From the NCBI RefSeq assembly GCF_006345805.1, contig NC_043000.1:162688001-162752000 (forward strand): a DNA stretch of 64,000 nt, written 5' to 3'. Below are positions 25,975 to 39,856 of this stretch, piece after piece. How positions within the stretch are numbered: position 1 is the stretch's first letter; each line of letters opens with the position of its first letter. The notes beneath the pieces were generated by a model. The model saw only the letters and a list, made by a program, of their open reading frames with translations, was not told the DNA's origin and did not search any database. The stretch comes from Octopus sinensis (lineage: Eukaryota). The translations under genes and the position numbers were made by a program.

Positions 25975-27864
25975 TATTCTTGTTTTAAGCATTTTCAAAT
26001 TTGTTTCCCTGCGTATGTTGAGCGTCGGAGAATTCTGGTTTTCTTTCTTTGTTTTTTAACTACGATCTAAATAAGGGTATATTTTCATAGATGCAATAAA
26101 TATGTTCAAATGTGAGTCGGTGCAGATCAATGATTGTACCCCTTCAATGTTTTATAGATATATAACTAATCGACCGCAGTTGGTTGAAAATCCTTCTACC
26201 CACGAAGGATATTGAACTCGGCGACTAGATGGACGAAACTAACTCCTGTAACACGTTTGGTTACCTCCCCAGTCTCCTCCGTTACTCTTTAATTCTATAA
26301 GAGTCGTAAGAGATAGATAACATGATAAAAGAAATGTTGCAATGCCTTTTATACCACTGAGATAAGTTTCTGTGTGTTCATACATGAAAATATAAAGATC
26401 TTTTGCAAAGGTTAGGGTGGTTGAACTAACCAACTAGCACATTCCTAGCATCTTTGGCATAAAGATCAGACACATAAGAGTCAAAGCTGATACCTTATCT
26501 TTATATTCTTTATATTTTTTGTATTTCTTTCATTATATATTTATAAATTCATTTATTTATAATTTGTATTTCGTCGACTATAGTAATACAAATATAAATT
26601 TACTTATACTAAAAACAATATACTGCAGGTGTGACCAGAGATTGTGGTGTTGACAGCATAAATTGACCGGCAATAAGATAAGGACTTCAACTTAAGTTTC
26701 TGTTTCTTACTAAACAAGGTTAGTTATCAGTAAATATAGTGATAAGCAACATTTTTTCATACAATCTTCTACTTATTTATAGCCTTCCAAAACACTTTTC
26801 AATTCTCTGATGAAAGTCAATCCCTTAAACGCCAAGGCTCATTTATTTTAACGATACAGAGACCTATCTTATTTATGTATGTTATCAGAACGGTGGCTTA
26901 GCTATTTAACATGGCCGTAATCATGATTGATGTTAGCTTGCTTGTATAGACTTGTCTCTTGTGAAGCCACTGAAAGCGTATGTATTCGAGATTAAGCTTT
27001 AATGTACTCTTGTCTCTTCGTGGTTTTGCTTGTATGGTAGTAATTATGGAATTCGGAGTGCCTTTAATACGTTAAACTGCCAAGCACTCGATCTAAATAC
27101 AATCCTAAATTTGCATTTATACCAAACTAATTGGTTCAGATTGTTTAGATATATAGATTTAAATTAAGTGGTTATTTATACACCATAAACTTGAAAGGAT
27201 AACACAAGTGTATTCAGTTATGTGCTATGGAATTTAAATATACTTCTGGAAAGAACACCTATTTCTAAGTGCGTTTTTAGGAAAAACCCATTATAACAGA
27301 TCATCACATACCAGAGACGACAAAATTGCAAGCAATATTTTTTTTTATTATGCCTCTGTAAAAACGCCGAAAATATAGTATTAATTTATCAATATATACA
27401 TAAGTATTTTGTTCTATTTATTCTTTTACTGGTTATTGTTTCAAATCCAATTATGCAAAGGTACTTTGAAATACAGTTTTTAAAAAATCCAATCATGCTA
27501 GGGTACTTTGAAGCGTTTCCGCCAATTATACCACTTCAGTACTTAGTCTGGGTCCTTGTTTTATCGTTCACGGTCCATCGAATTGTTAAATCGGGCTTTT
27601 GACATTAAGAGATTAGACTCAAGTCATGAAACTATCAGTTCATACGCGCACACACACACAACGGTTTTAGTAATAATCATTATTAGAACTTTTGCCTAAC
27701 TAAATATTGGCTCTTTTGATTCCCTTATGATATATTTCTTGCTACAACCTCTGGTGATTCACTTTCTTACTTGAATTTTTGTATTATAAATTAGGGTAAA
27801 CTATTTCTGTCTATAATATCATATAGCAGTAATTAACTATAATTATGAATATATAATATATGCA

Positions 27865-28009
27865 CAAGCATGGTTGTGTGCTTAAAGAGCTCGCTTTGCT
27901 ACCAAGTAGCATTGGGTCCAGTCCCACTGTGCGCTACCATGCAAAAAAATCTTCTACTTTAATTCTTTGTGACTAAATTTGGTAGATGGAAACAGTGTAG
28001 AATCCCATC

Positions 28010-28085
<76 letters not shown>

Positions 28086-28375
28086 TGTATGTATGTATGT
28101 ATGTGTGTGTCTGTCAGTTTGTGTGTGTCTCTGTGTGTGTCTCCGTGTGCCTGCGATTGTGTGTATGTGTATGTATCTACTGTGAGTATCTATGTGTCTG
28201 TGTATGTCACCTATCGTTTGAGAACCACTGTTAGTTTCTTTATATTGCTAAAAGTTATTGGTTCGACAAGAGAGACCAATAGAATAAGTAGGAGGCGTTA
28301 AAGAAAAGCATAAATACAGGATTTGTTCTAAAATTGTCCCAGCATGGCCGTAGCCCAATTTACTGAATAGTAAAC
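27865..28375 (+). mobile_element. Decayed composite SINE-like repeat with internal microsatellite
   Basis: GGGTCCAGTCCCACTG...TTTGGTAGATGGAAAC...(TATG)n...ATAGAATAAGTA...CCAGCATGGCCG. Confidence 0.65.
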
Positions 28376-29698
28376 AATCAACTAATAATGTCATGATTGC
28401 TTTTTTTAATTAACAAAATAACAAGCAAACATTACAATACATGATTTCAAAGAGATCTGACGCCAGAAATATACACGAGCAGCTAAGAATATATTCTATT
28501 CTACTTTGTGAATTCTATTTATTTCTAATCCTTTTCATTGATGCTATTTTCTATTTTAAGACAAGTTCCGGTAAAGAAGTTACAAAGAAAAAAATCTTCC
28601 ATCTTAATCATTCTATGTTCAGGACTTAGCAGAGCTCGTCGAATGTCAATAAGGCCTACAGCCACGTGACGTGGAAAGTCTAAAGCTTCTGGTTACTTCT
28701 TTTGAAAAAGAGAGTAGAGAAAGACGACGGGGGTGTGGTTAGTTCGACTGCCAACTGGGACTATTTGAAGTGTCTGTGAGTTGAAAAAGTATTTCAATGA
28801 GTGATGGCATTAAAAGTTTCAGGACTGAGTCGGAAGTTCTAGATAATAATAGAATTATCATCCTAAGAAATATTCTTTCACTAACAACTAGATCTTTGGA
28901 TTACCTTGCACAACAATAACATCTGGGAATTACCTTCCCACGGCTTGCTTTAAAAAATGGTTCTGTTCATTGCGTTAACTACCAACAGGTAGTAACATTA
29001 TACTTCCCATTCCTTGCAGTAATAACAGTTATATATAATATATAGTTTATATTTCGTAACTTAGCGGTTCACTTATAGCGAATAATAAAATAAGTACCAG
29101 ACTTTAAAAAAATAAGTACTGAGGACGATTGTTCAATGTGATATCCTGCATGGCCGTAATCTAATGGCTGAATCAAATAAAAGATAAAAGTTTTATACAT
29201 ACATACATACATACATACATACATACATACATACATACATACATACGGAAGAATAAAGTTCACAGTCAATTCTTTTGCAGATCGTATGGAGGTTGGTCCA
29301 TATTTCCGTGAAGATATAGGTCCTAAGGTATAATCCCAGGTAAATGTAGTCAGTATTTTAGCAGTATTTTGGATGATGCGTGCAGGTTGAGGTGGTTAGC
29401 TAGTATTTAAATGGTCTGCGTGGGTATATAGAGTGAGAAAGACAGACACCAAGATAGACAGAAATGGGTTGTGAGTGAGTTGATAGAAGAGAGAGGAGAA
29501 AGAGAAAAAAAAGAGAAAAGACAGGAATGGGATAAGTCCGGGAAGGAATGAATGAGAGCGAAAGTAAAGTAAAACCGAAAATCAAAATCGAAAAGTCAAA
29601 ATAGAAACAAAAATAAAATAATAAAAAAGAAAAAGAATAAAGACAGATATAACATGCCAGTATTATATATATTAATATGTTAGTATATTTGTATGTTA

Positions 29699-29734
<36 letters not shown>

Positions 29735-29748
29735 TGTATGTATGTATG

Positions 29749-29789
<41 letters not shown>

Positions 29790-29825
29790 CAGTTTAATTA
29801 GGCTCCGTGCAAGTTAAAGTTTATA

Positions 29826-30680
29826 CGTTGTCTGATCAATAAGTGTCCGTTTTCTTGCAATAGTAACGAAGCTAAAACACGCAGAATAAAACTGCTTAGC
29901 ACAGACTGACTTTGAGTAGTGCAGTGCATGCGCAAAAGGTTTTAACATTCTAGCTCTATTCTGCTGTTCAGAACAGTGCTTGGAAGTAACGTGTGTAGCG
30001 TGTGTTCGTTGCGTTAACCATGACAGAGAAAGTTGAGCAAAGAATCTGCGTCAAATTTTGCCAAAAGCTTGGCGATGCCTGCTCTGAGGCCTATGCAAAG
30101 TTTTCAAAAAGTTTTCATCGTTCTCGACGCAATCAAGGAGTCTTTCTGGTCAGCTGAAAGCAATTTTGGAACAAACTTGGCAGGCATGCGTCTCATATCC
30201 AAATCTTCAGTAATAATAGACTAAACTGAACTGTAACTAATCTGCACATCCTCTGATAACTCACTGATGGTGATTCAATGATTTCCCCTCACAGCTGCAC
30301 GCACATCCGCGATGTTTTCCCTAGTTCTACTGGTTGCGGGTCTCCCAGAACGTTCGTTAATATCGACATTTTTTCGGCCATCCTTGAAACATCTGAACAA
30401 CTCATACACTTGTGTGCGAGCGATACACTCCTCTCCATTCACTTTCTGCAACTTTACATAGGCCTCTGAGCAGGTATCGTCTTGACAACTTTATCTGTCC
30501 CGTCAATGCGACGATCACACACTACACACCTTCCTTCCAACCAGATGTGAGCTAGAACGATAAAACTTAGTGCACACGCCCAGCAGGGTTCAAGGTCAAT
30601 CTGTGCCAAAGCGGCTTCACTCTGCGTGCTTTAGCTTCGTTACTATGGCAACAGTCCGGATACTTATTGTTCAGACCTAG
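29826..30680. mobile_element. Rearranged mariner made of two inverted 5' ends (fold-back, long TIR)
   Basis: About 250-bp imperfect inverted arms with TA at both ends. Plus strand encodes MTEKVEQRICVKFCQKLG; minus strand 30113-30470 encodes mariner HTH sequence (FKDGRKNVD..ERSGRP; KFVPKLLSADQK). Confidence 0.8.
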
Positions 30681-32491
30681 TATATATATATATATATATA
30701 TATAGACATATTCGTGTGTCTGTGTGTGTGTTTGCGTCTCTGTGTGTGAGTGTGTGTATGTGTGTGTCTGTACAAATAGAATATTCATCAGCCCATTGCT
30801 AACAAAATTAGACGTCTCAAAAATGTTGATTAGTTTAGAATGAAGTGAAATATTGAGCTGAATATGTGGAAATTTCGTTAGATATTCTTTTTTAATGTCT
30901 ACGAATATAGATTGTATATTTAAATGTATAACTTCACATATTTAAAGAGGTCGATTGTCTACGACATGTTTATAATTTGTTCAGAATATCGATCACTTTC
31001 TTTGAAGCATTTATAATAGAATAGTTGTAACATTGTATTATGAGATAGGATGTACATATATTTCATACGTAAATATATATATATATATAAACATACAGTC
31101 ACGTACACACATACACACACATATATAGATGTACATATACGAACATAAATACGTATATAAATGCATACATACACACGTGCGTGATTCTAGCCATTTACGG
31201 AGTTTATACATTTCACTGAAAGTGAAAAGAAGCAGGAAATGTTCCCAAAGGTCTCTTCTATTTCGTTATTAACATGACGCTGGCAAGAGCAAAATATTGG
31301 TATGTTCAACATCCATTGATTTTAATATCCTACATGTATAAGGAGGGAGTCACCACTTGTTTCATCTCTGGACTACTGGAAATAGCAGCCAGTCCTCCCA
31401 CAATTCACACTCTATTGCCTTAAAAATGAAAGAGCTTCCATTAGATTAAGTAACCTTAGTTACTCGAACGCTTCGTTTGAGCTAAACATCGATAACAAAT
31501 TACATATATTCGTAGTAAGAAAAGTGTAAGCATACATATGACTTTATTTCCATCTCTACTTTTATGTTAGTATATATGTATATTTTTCTATTTAGGTTTA
31601 TTTGTAGCTTTCTTACCAATAGAGAAAAGGTTGGTTTCTAACTGAGATCCAAGGCTCCTCTGAAATTTGAACACCAACAGAGTAGATGTGCACCGAAATT
31701 TCGACGTTAGCAAAGATAAATGTGTGCAATGTTATTTGGCGCAAGTATTTGGTGTCAGTACATGTACAGATCTGTCTGCTTTATTCTCTGTGTGTAACTC
31801 AAGCGTATGTACTTCTTTATATGCTAAACGTTTGGAAAGTTTTGCATATTTTGACAGTTCCATTGATGACTTATACTTGTGGTCTTCTAACTATCGTTTC
31901 CCATTCTGGTTTTGAGAACTTTAATTCCTTAAGTATGCTTAAATAGAATGCATGTATGAACGTATGTATGTATCTATGCATGCGTCTATGTATGCTTGTA
32001 TGTCAGTATGCATGAGTGTATGTACATGTGTGTGTGCGTGTGTGTATGTGTTCTTACTGACACACATACACACACATGCAAACATATTTAGAAACATTAT
32101 ATCATTAATTCACATGAGTAGTTCACCTGATAGTACAAGTATACATTAATACATTTATACATTTCAATAGAGAAGCAGATGGTTTCCAACCCTTTGCAAG
32201 ATCTTTGCACTGGAATTTAAGCAACACATAGGTGCTCGTGTCCCATGAGTATTCGTATGCATATTCTAACATGTATAGATATGTATAATGTGGCCTATTC
32301 ATGTGAACATATACTCATCCTTGTATGTCTAAACGTGTGTATATCTACTTACGATTGGCCATACCTCTGGAATGCTTTGCACAGTTTCATTGATTCATTA
32401 ATAACTTATGATCAAAGTCTTTTAATTAACAGTGTCCGTTCTGAATTTGTGAAAACGTTTTTCAAAGATGATGCTGAGTAAATTGTAATAT

Positions 32492-32800
32492 CACCGTGAT
32501 CACCGTGACCGACCAGGCTATCAGATTTTGCTTTATATCGCTGGTCACAATGCGCTTCGCATTGCTTTAGCCTTCAAATGACGCCACCCCGCTGGCTAAG
32601 CGAGCAGGCCAACAGAAGAAAGAGCGAGAGAAAGTTGTGGCGAAAGAGTACAGCAGGGATCGCCACCACCTCCTGCCGGAGCCGCGTGGAGCTTTAAGTG
32701 TTTTCGCTCAATAAACACTCACAACGCCCGGTCTGGGAATCGAAACCACAATCCTTCAACCGCGAGTTCGCTGCCCTAACCACTGGGCCATTGCGCCTCC
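32492..32800 (-). mobile_element. tRNA-derived SINE, full length with TSD
   Basis: Minus strand GGAGGCGCAATGGCCCAGTGGTTAGG...GGTTTCGATTCCC; 11-bp TSD AATTGTAATAT (32481-32491, 32801-32811); same family as 41704-41993. Confidence 0.9.
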
Positions 32801-34491
32801 AATTGTAATATAGGCATCATCACCCCCACCAATAAAGACAGATATAAATCTTGTGTTATTGTCCTAATGGAATGTCTGCTACTTTATCCTTAGATCAGTT
32901 AAGATGCTTTGTTTGTCTGTAGTATGAGCTAACATCTATTGCACAACTGGTTTCTACTAGTGTTCACTTTTATCCAGCCAAGCGTATGTCTAATCTATTC
33001 TGGTTACATTTTTACTGGGGTTTTCAAATGTCTTTGTAGTAGTACTACAAGGGCATATACCACCAGCGCCATCTCGACTAGCACGATGCTCACCACCATT
33101 GCCAACTGCGCAGATGTAGACATCATCATTTACTACAACAACGGTATTTACTTTTGCTGCGAGCACCGACTTCGTCCAAGGGATTCACCACACTGACAAC
33201 CGTCTTCACCATCACTGTTGCCAATATACAACCAGTCTTCCACCGCCATCCCCTGTGTGACCTTAGCCACACGGTACCACCAACGCCATCATTTGGAAAG
33301 CTGCTACTACTAGCACAAGATTAAAATGGGGTCACAGCTCATCCGGCTATCCAAAATAGCAGGATCTTCATAGACGCACATTTCTTTGCCTTTATATTTT
33401 AGCCTTTGCGCCCGAAATATAAAGGCTTTTAAAGCTTTCTACATTGCTAGAAGCTTTCCTCATTTCTCATTTTTTTCATTATTCTTCTGAGCCAACTACA
33501 ACACTCTCCTTTATATATTATTATCACGATTATCAATTCTATAAAATGCATTATATAGAGTTTTGGTCAGTAAATCATACCTTATACGTAGATAGTATGA
33601 TAATAACTTTGTACAGACTTGTACAACTGCCTATGTTATTTAACATTTTCGATTTTATTTCTACAAGTTTAGTTTCAGACTACAACCGTTTGTCACCTTT
33701 AGGTATTTTACCTGTAACCCAATCTCTTTCATACACAAGTTATTTTGCTGATTTTGCAGCTTCATAGTTTGCAAAAGTTAACCCTTCAAAGTCTGAGAAT
33801 ATATAATTGTTGCTAGTCTCACAACAGACTGCTCTGGTTAACTATGTTACAGCCAACATAGCCATGACAACATATGCATGCATGATCCTCTGCTTATCAG
33901 AGAACTTTTCGCTTTGTGTTCTTGTCACATTATAGCTGTGCAAAATTATTGGGTGTATTGGTCATCGGAATACTTCCCGAGGAGTTCTTTTACCAACTTC
34001 TAGAATGCCATTTGCTTCATGTTTACAGATTCGATCAATAAATGCACTTCCACACTTGGTGGGTACCAAATATTGTCAAAGGTTATACACGACATTCAAA
34101 CGTTCTTTCAATCGATATTAAACTTCTAACTCGTTTTTAGTTTTAAACAGAGATCAATATCACTATCGGTAGGGAATTTTTGCTGGTAAACACGAACTTC
34201 GCCTGGCATCCAATCGAGCAGCAAGCAGTTTAGTATATCAATACTCACACCGAGAACTTGTTGTTAAAGATCGATATGATAGTCCCAATAGAAGGTTTTT
34301 TTTTTATGCTAGTAGCCTCAAATCGAGTATTTTTCTTAACACTTTAGTTTCCTACCCGTGAAGGCTTAGTGGTTACGGTGTTCGGCTCACGATCTTACGA
34401 TCGTGAGTTCGATATGCGGCTGTGCGTTGTAATTTTGCGCATGACACTTTTTTGCACATTGCTCCAATCCACTCAACTGCCAAAATAAGCA

Positions 34492-34603
34492 GTACTTGTA
34501 TAACTTCGGCAATACATATACTATAATTGGAACGATACAGAGAAGATTAGCATGGCCCCTGCGCAAGGATGACACGCAAATTCGTGAAGCGTTCCATATT
34601 TTT
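34492..34603 (+). pseudogene. U6: U6 snRNA retrocopy
   Basis: CTTCGGC.ATACATATACTA.AATTGGAACGATACAGAGAAGATTAGCATGGCCCCTGCGCAAGGATGACACGCAAATTCGTGAAGCGTTCCATATTTTT is essentially canonical U6, including ACAGAGA and AGC. The 5' stem-loop is disturbed and the copy is embedded in SINEs. Confidence 0.95.
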
Positions 34604-34608
34604 CTACC

Positions 34609-34964
34609 GTGAAGGCGCATGGCTCAGTGGTTAGAGCGTCGAGCTTACGATTGTGAGGTTGTGATTTCGAATCCCTGACCGGGCAATATGTTGTGTTCTT
34701 GAGCAAGACACTTTACTTCACGTTGCGCCAGTTCACTCAGCTGTAGAAATGATTTGCGACGTCACAGGTGCCAAGCTGTATCGGCCCCTTTGCCTTTCCC
34801 TTGGATAACACTGGTGGCGTGGAGAGGGGAGGGCAGTATGCATGGCTGACTGCTGGCCTTCCATAAACAACCAAGCCCGAAGTTGTGCTTGGGAGGGTAA
34901 ATTTTTAGGTGCAACCCCATGGTCAGTCGTGACCGAAGAGGGGTCTCAGATTCAGACACAGATC
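34609..34964 (+). mobile_element. tRNA-derived SINE directly 3' of U6
   Basis: GTGAAGGCGCATGGCTCAGTGGTTAGAGCG (A box), TTCGAATCCC (B box); body homologous to 62840-63095. Confidence 0.85.
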
Positions 34965-35739
34965 TATTTGAAAGGGCCAGCCTTGTCACATTTTGTGTCA
35001 CGCTGACTCTTCCTGAGAACTACTTTAAGGATCCACATGTCTGTGGAGTACTCAATCACTTGCACATTAATTCCATGCACAGGTTGTTTCGTTGATCAGA
35101 TGAACTGGATCATTCGCGGTCGTAACCATTGGAGTCCAGTTAATTTCCTATCCTAAAAATTTATTCATTATATATTCAAGTATAGCCACATTGCTACATT
35201 ATGTTTCTGCTGTAATGCAGAATAATAATATATTCAGACTAAATAGATTTCTCACACTCTAGAGTTTACTCGATATATTTAACTATTATTGGTCGTCCTA
35301 TCATCTCTCTAGAGATTGCTGATTGATTTCAACAGATCTTCTTGTAACTTATTTTTCATATAGCTACTCTCTTGTGTGTACATATGTTTGTTTGTGTATG
35401 CGTATATGAATGGGTGGACGATGGATGGATGGATGGATGGATGGATGGATGGATGGATGGGTGTATACTCATAATCCCGTTTCCTGTACCCCACACAAAT
35501 TCACGAAACTATACCCATAAGCAAAACCTCGAACATCTTTATGCTTCGACTACAATCATAGAGCACATTTAACGTGCTAGAAATAGTAGACAAGTCTACC
35601 TAAAATTCCACCTTACCATCTTAAAATTTTAGTCTTAGATAAATTACATATGAAAAATGTCAGGAAACTGAGGCTAGAATAATATCTTGAATATTTGATA
35701 ATCAACCCTTAAAATTTGCGCCTTGGATTTTTAAATGTT

Positions 35740-36640
35740 CACAATATTCTCGATGTATTTCCAAAAAACAATCTTTTACCATCTTTATTATCAAGATTTG
35801 GAAAGTTTTTAGGCTTCCAGTTTCAGCAAGGCAGTTCCAAATTGATAATTTCTTTATAATTTTTACAAACTTTGCCCTTACTCATATAATAATGACACCC
35901 TTTTATGATTTTTCTCTATATCTAAATGTTCAAATTGTTGAGAAGTATGTAAATATTGACTGAATTTCTGTCTAACCGCAAAAAGGATTTTTTAATATTT
36001 GAGGTAATCGTAAATGTTATCATGGTGTTCCGCAAACGTGCAAAAGGACGGCAATGAGTTGCTCGAAGTGCATCGGTACACCAGAACTAAATTAAAACAC
36101 AATGTTATACACTCCTCACAACTTATTTTTGAAAAGCTGGGCAACATGCTAAGTTTTGTATGACTTACTAATCTTGCGAACATCCTAGGTTGCTATTTCC
36201 TGATTTAATCCTCTCTCGTACAGAATCATTGGATAGGAACATCATTTTTGGTCGGTCATAGTATCCTCCCTTACGCAATTTCAACTATCTCCAGTACACA
36301 GGACTTCATAAAGCTTTCTCCGATTATGCGGGGTTTCTTCTCTTTTTCTATCATGAAAGAAACTTCATTTAATGCTTTAGAGATGCAATTTTCCAAATGC
36401 ACCAAACCCATCTAGTGAGACAGATTTCCTTTCTTTATCATACCTAATTCTTTTTCTACTTGAAAGCATCAATCGAGGCACCAACAATATCTCCGTGCCA
36501 GCTATCGAGATGTTCACTCAATCGTGAGAGATATAAATTTCTTTTGCTTATTACCAAATTGTAAGCCATGCTTTGACAGCATCCAGTTCCATCGTATTTT
36601 GTTACACAGGTGCGACCTAAACCAATATATTCGTTCATTA
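35740..36640 (-). mobile_element. Decayed hAT (Charlie/Buster-like) transposase
   Basis: Minus strand 36360-36270 reads SFMIEKEKKPRIIGESFMKSCVLEIVEIA, then FLSNDSVRERI (cf. KKPHTIGEELIKP...LSNNTVxRRI); eroded BED-finger-like start NEYIGLGRTCVTKYDG. Confidence 0.7.
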
Positions 36641-37197
36641 ATTCCTTTCCGTTTTTTTTTTTTTTGTTTTGACAGATATTTCACAAAAAATATTTGAAAG
36701 AACAGAAAGTTGAAAAAATAAACTCCAAAGAAAATTTTAACGACGTGAAAAATAATTTTGCAAAGATGTAATATCATTTACATCAATCCTATACAATGAT
36801 GAAAATATGATACAATGATTAAATGTAAATTATCGGCCAAGAAGGCGCCACTGTGGCATTCAGTAGTAGAAAAGATATGAGAACAGACTGGAAAATTGAC
36901 GTATGCGCAAAGACATTTTGTGCGAAAACGTCAGTATCTAAAGTAGCAAAACAACGGAAAGTAGTATTGCCGTACATTCATATAGCAATGGTCGCTTTAA
37001 CTGCTACCTCTACATTTATAATACAATAATATTCGTCTGCCGATCTGAAGAGAACCATCTAGTCATCCTGAGTTGATCGGGCCTTATGAGTGCGTAGATG
37101 GCTCGTAAGTCCGATCTGACACAGAAGTGCATTCAAACTGTGTGGACAAGAGATACAAGTAGCAATGGGAGATCTAATTGCATTTTACTTTCTGCCT

Positions 37198-37575
37198 TAC
37201 TTGCTTTCCAACCACATGGTTCCGGGTTCAGTCCCACTGAGTGGAAACTTGGGCAGGTGTCTTCTACTATAGCCTCGAGTCGACCAAATACTTGTGAGTG
37301 GATTTGGTAGACGGAAACTGAAAGAAGCCCGTCGCATATATGTATATGTATATGTGTGTGTGTTTGTGTGTCTGCGTTTGTCCCCCAGCATCGCTTTGAC
37401 AACCGATGCTGGTGTGTTTACGTCCTCGTAACTTAGCGGTTCGATAAGAGAGAACGATAGAATAAGTACTAGGCTTACAAAGAATAAGTCCTTGGGGGTC
37501 GATTTGCTCGACTAACGGCGGTGCTCCAGCATGGCCGCAGTCAAATGACTGAAACAAGTAAAAGAGTAAAAGAGT
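37198..37575 (+). mobile_element. Composite SINE-like repeat
   Basis: CCAACCACATGGTTCCGGGTTCAGTCCCACTG...GGAAACTGAAAGAAGCCCGTCG-(TG)n-...CAAATGACTGAAACAAGTAAAAGAG. Confidence 0.85.
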
Positions 37576-37833
37576 AATAACATTCATAACTAGGATGTTT
37601 AAGATTGTGATAGAAACTGCTGGATCAGCGATGATTTAGAGTTCAGCCTCCTCCTCTTCTCACCACCGCTTCCGACGATGACGATTTCAAGAGCAACATA
37701 AATCAAAAAAAAAAATAAACATTAGAACAAGAACATCAACAGCAACAATACAATAGCATATGCACACTCAACACATATCAATTGAGTTTGTCACGCACAA
37801 GAATTCACAGATCTCCCTCAGCACCCACTTGCC

Positions 37834-37870
<37 letters not shown>

Positions 37871-38349
37871 GGGGGAGAGAGAGAGTGGGGAAGAGAGAGA
37901 GAGGAAGAAAAATATTTTAGCTTCCTTGCCCTTTTATAATTGCCCCACTGCCCCAGTGACCTACTGCTAAAAGGCGGCGGCGGGGGGAGGGGGGTTAGAA
38001 GAGGCGCCTGCTGCAAGTTAACTCTCGTAGAAGTACAACCGCTACTCCCCATCAACCTCCCGCTCCTGCCGATCAATCACTCCCTCTCACCTATATCAAG
38101 CCTTTTCCTTACTTTCTCTCTGCTCCCCCACCCTTTTATCTAATTATTCATCCATTTCTTCCCCTTTCTCTTTTTGTCGTATTTCCAATCAAACACCCAC
38201 ATGTGACAACCATTAGCAATTCCCACCCACCCCCACATGACTACCACATTCATCCAGCCCTACCGCTCTCTCCTGGCGCACTCGATTTCTCCGTCTTTAG
38301 ATCTCTTATTTTCTCCACACCCGTTCAGGAACATTCCTGTTCCCCCGTT

Positions 38350-38410
38350 TATGTATGCATGTACGTAGGCAATCATGCATCTAAGTAAGTCAATATGCAT
38401 GCATGCATGC

Positions 38411-38443
<33 letters not shown>

Positions 38444-38735
38444 TGCGTGCATGCATGTAAGTATGTATGTACCTATGTATGTATGTATGTATGTATGTAT
38501 GCATACATGCATGCATGCATGCATATATGTAAGTAAGTATGTATGTATGTATGTATGTATGTATGTATGTATGTATGTATGTATGTTGTATGTATGTATG
38601 TATGTATGTATGTATGTATGTATGTATGTATGTATGTATGTATGCATGCATGCATGCATGCATATATGTAAGTAAGTATGTATGTATGTATGTATGTATG
38701 TATGTATGCATGTATATATGTGTATATGCATGTAT
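38350..38735. repeat. (TATG)n/(TGCA)n microsatellite
   Basis: Direct inspection. Confidence 0.9.
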
Positions 38736-39856
38736 TTAATAACTATGTACAGTTATTAATTCCGCGTCCCCCTAATATCTGTTCCATGCCATAGAAAGAT
38801 AACAGCAAAGCCAATCGTTAATATTGCCGATGATTGTTTTATAGGGAGAGTGGAAAAGATGAGAATGAGAGATGAGGGAGGATATTTTAGCGAATATACT
38901 TCCTTGTACACACAAGAACATGTATGTGCATGTATGTGTACGTGTGCATGCGCGCGTGTGTGTACTTATGCATGCATTTATGCGTGCATGTATGTATATG
39001 TGCATATATACAAACGCTTATATTTCTCCTTAAAGCATCCTCTTCTGCTTCCTCAATACGTACTCCCCATCCGTAGCAAGGCAGTAGTTTTTTAATGTAA
39101 TCTACTATTACAGCAGGTTCTCATTAGTTTGGGAAATATATATCTGTTGTAAGACAATCAAAATACGATAAAAGTTTGTAGCTTGTCTATTGTGATTAAA
39201 AAAAGTTTCTAGTGATATATTTGGCCTTCTCAAAGCACGCTCAATTAAAATTAATCATATAAATAAATAAAAAAGGAAACAAAAACAGTCAGCTAAAGAG
39301 TTGCTACTTTTCACTGTATTTTTTCGATTTTACACTTTTTGAACTCTGAATTCTAATCTCATCGCACAGGATTTATAATCCTACCAACTATCAATTGCGT
39401 TCAGACAGCAACACATACGACAGCAACGCCCTACCCGATGGATTTTCCTCTCTCAAAATCTGTTGGTGCGAAAAGGAGGTGATTTGTATGGACAATAGCT
39501 AGCCTTACACAGGTTATATGTTAGGGCTCAGGTACCTCAGTGTAAAGAAGAGTGAATAGCAATAACACTCTTCCGGATTCGATCTCACTACACAGTAACC
39601 TGGGCAATGCCTTCTATCATAATCCCAAGTTAATGATTTCGCAATGGACTACGGCTGATGACAATTATATGGAAGACCATCGTTCAAAGTGCACACACTC
39701 CTGTGAGTGTGTGTGTATGTGTGTGTGTGTACCTATATAATTGTAGTTTAGTAAAGTGGATCGATTCCCTGATACATAAAGGCTTCGTATATATATCATG
39801 TTCTTGGGTATCGCCTGTGCCAGCTGGCACCGGCTCAACTCCCGTCTCGTCCATAG

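Larger units (their letters stand above)
34358..35138 (+). mobile_element. tRNA-derived SINE interrupted by a U6-SINE insertion
   Basis: Head GTGAAGGCTTAGTGGTTA...GAGTTCGAT; body resumes at about 34965; flanked by near-TSD TTAGTTTCCTACCC / TTAATTTCCTATCC. Confidence 0.7.

Noticed and set aside
33400-34330. Possible decayed Mutator-like transposase on the minus strand (SIPMTNTPNNF)
   Set aside because: A single weak motif among many stops is insufficient.
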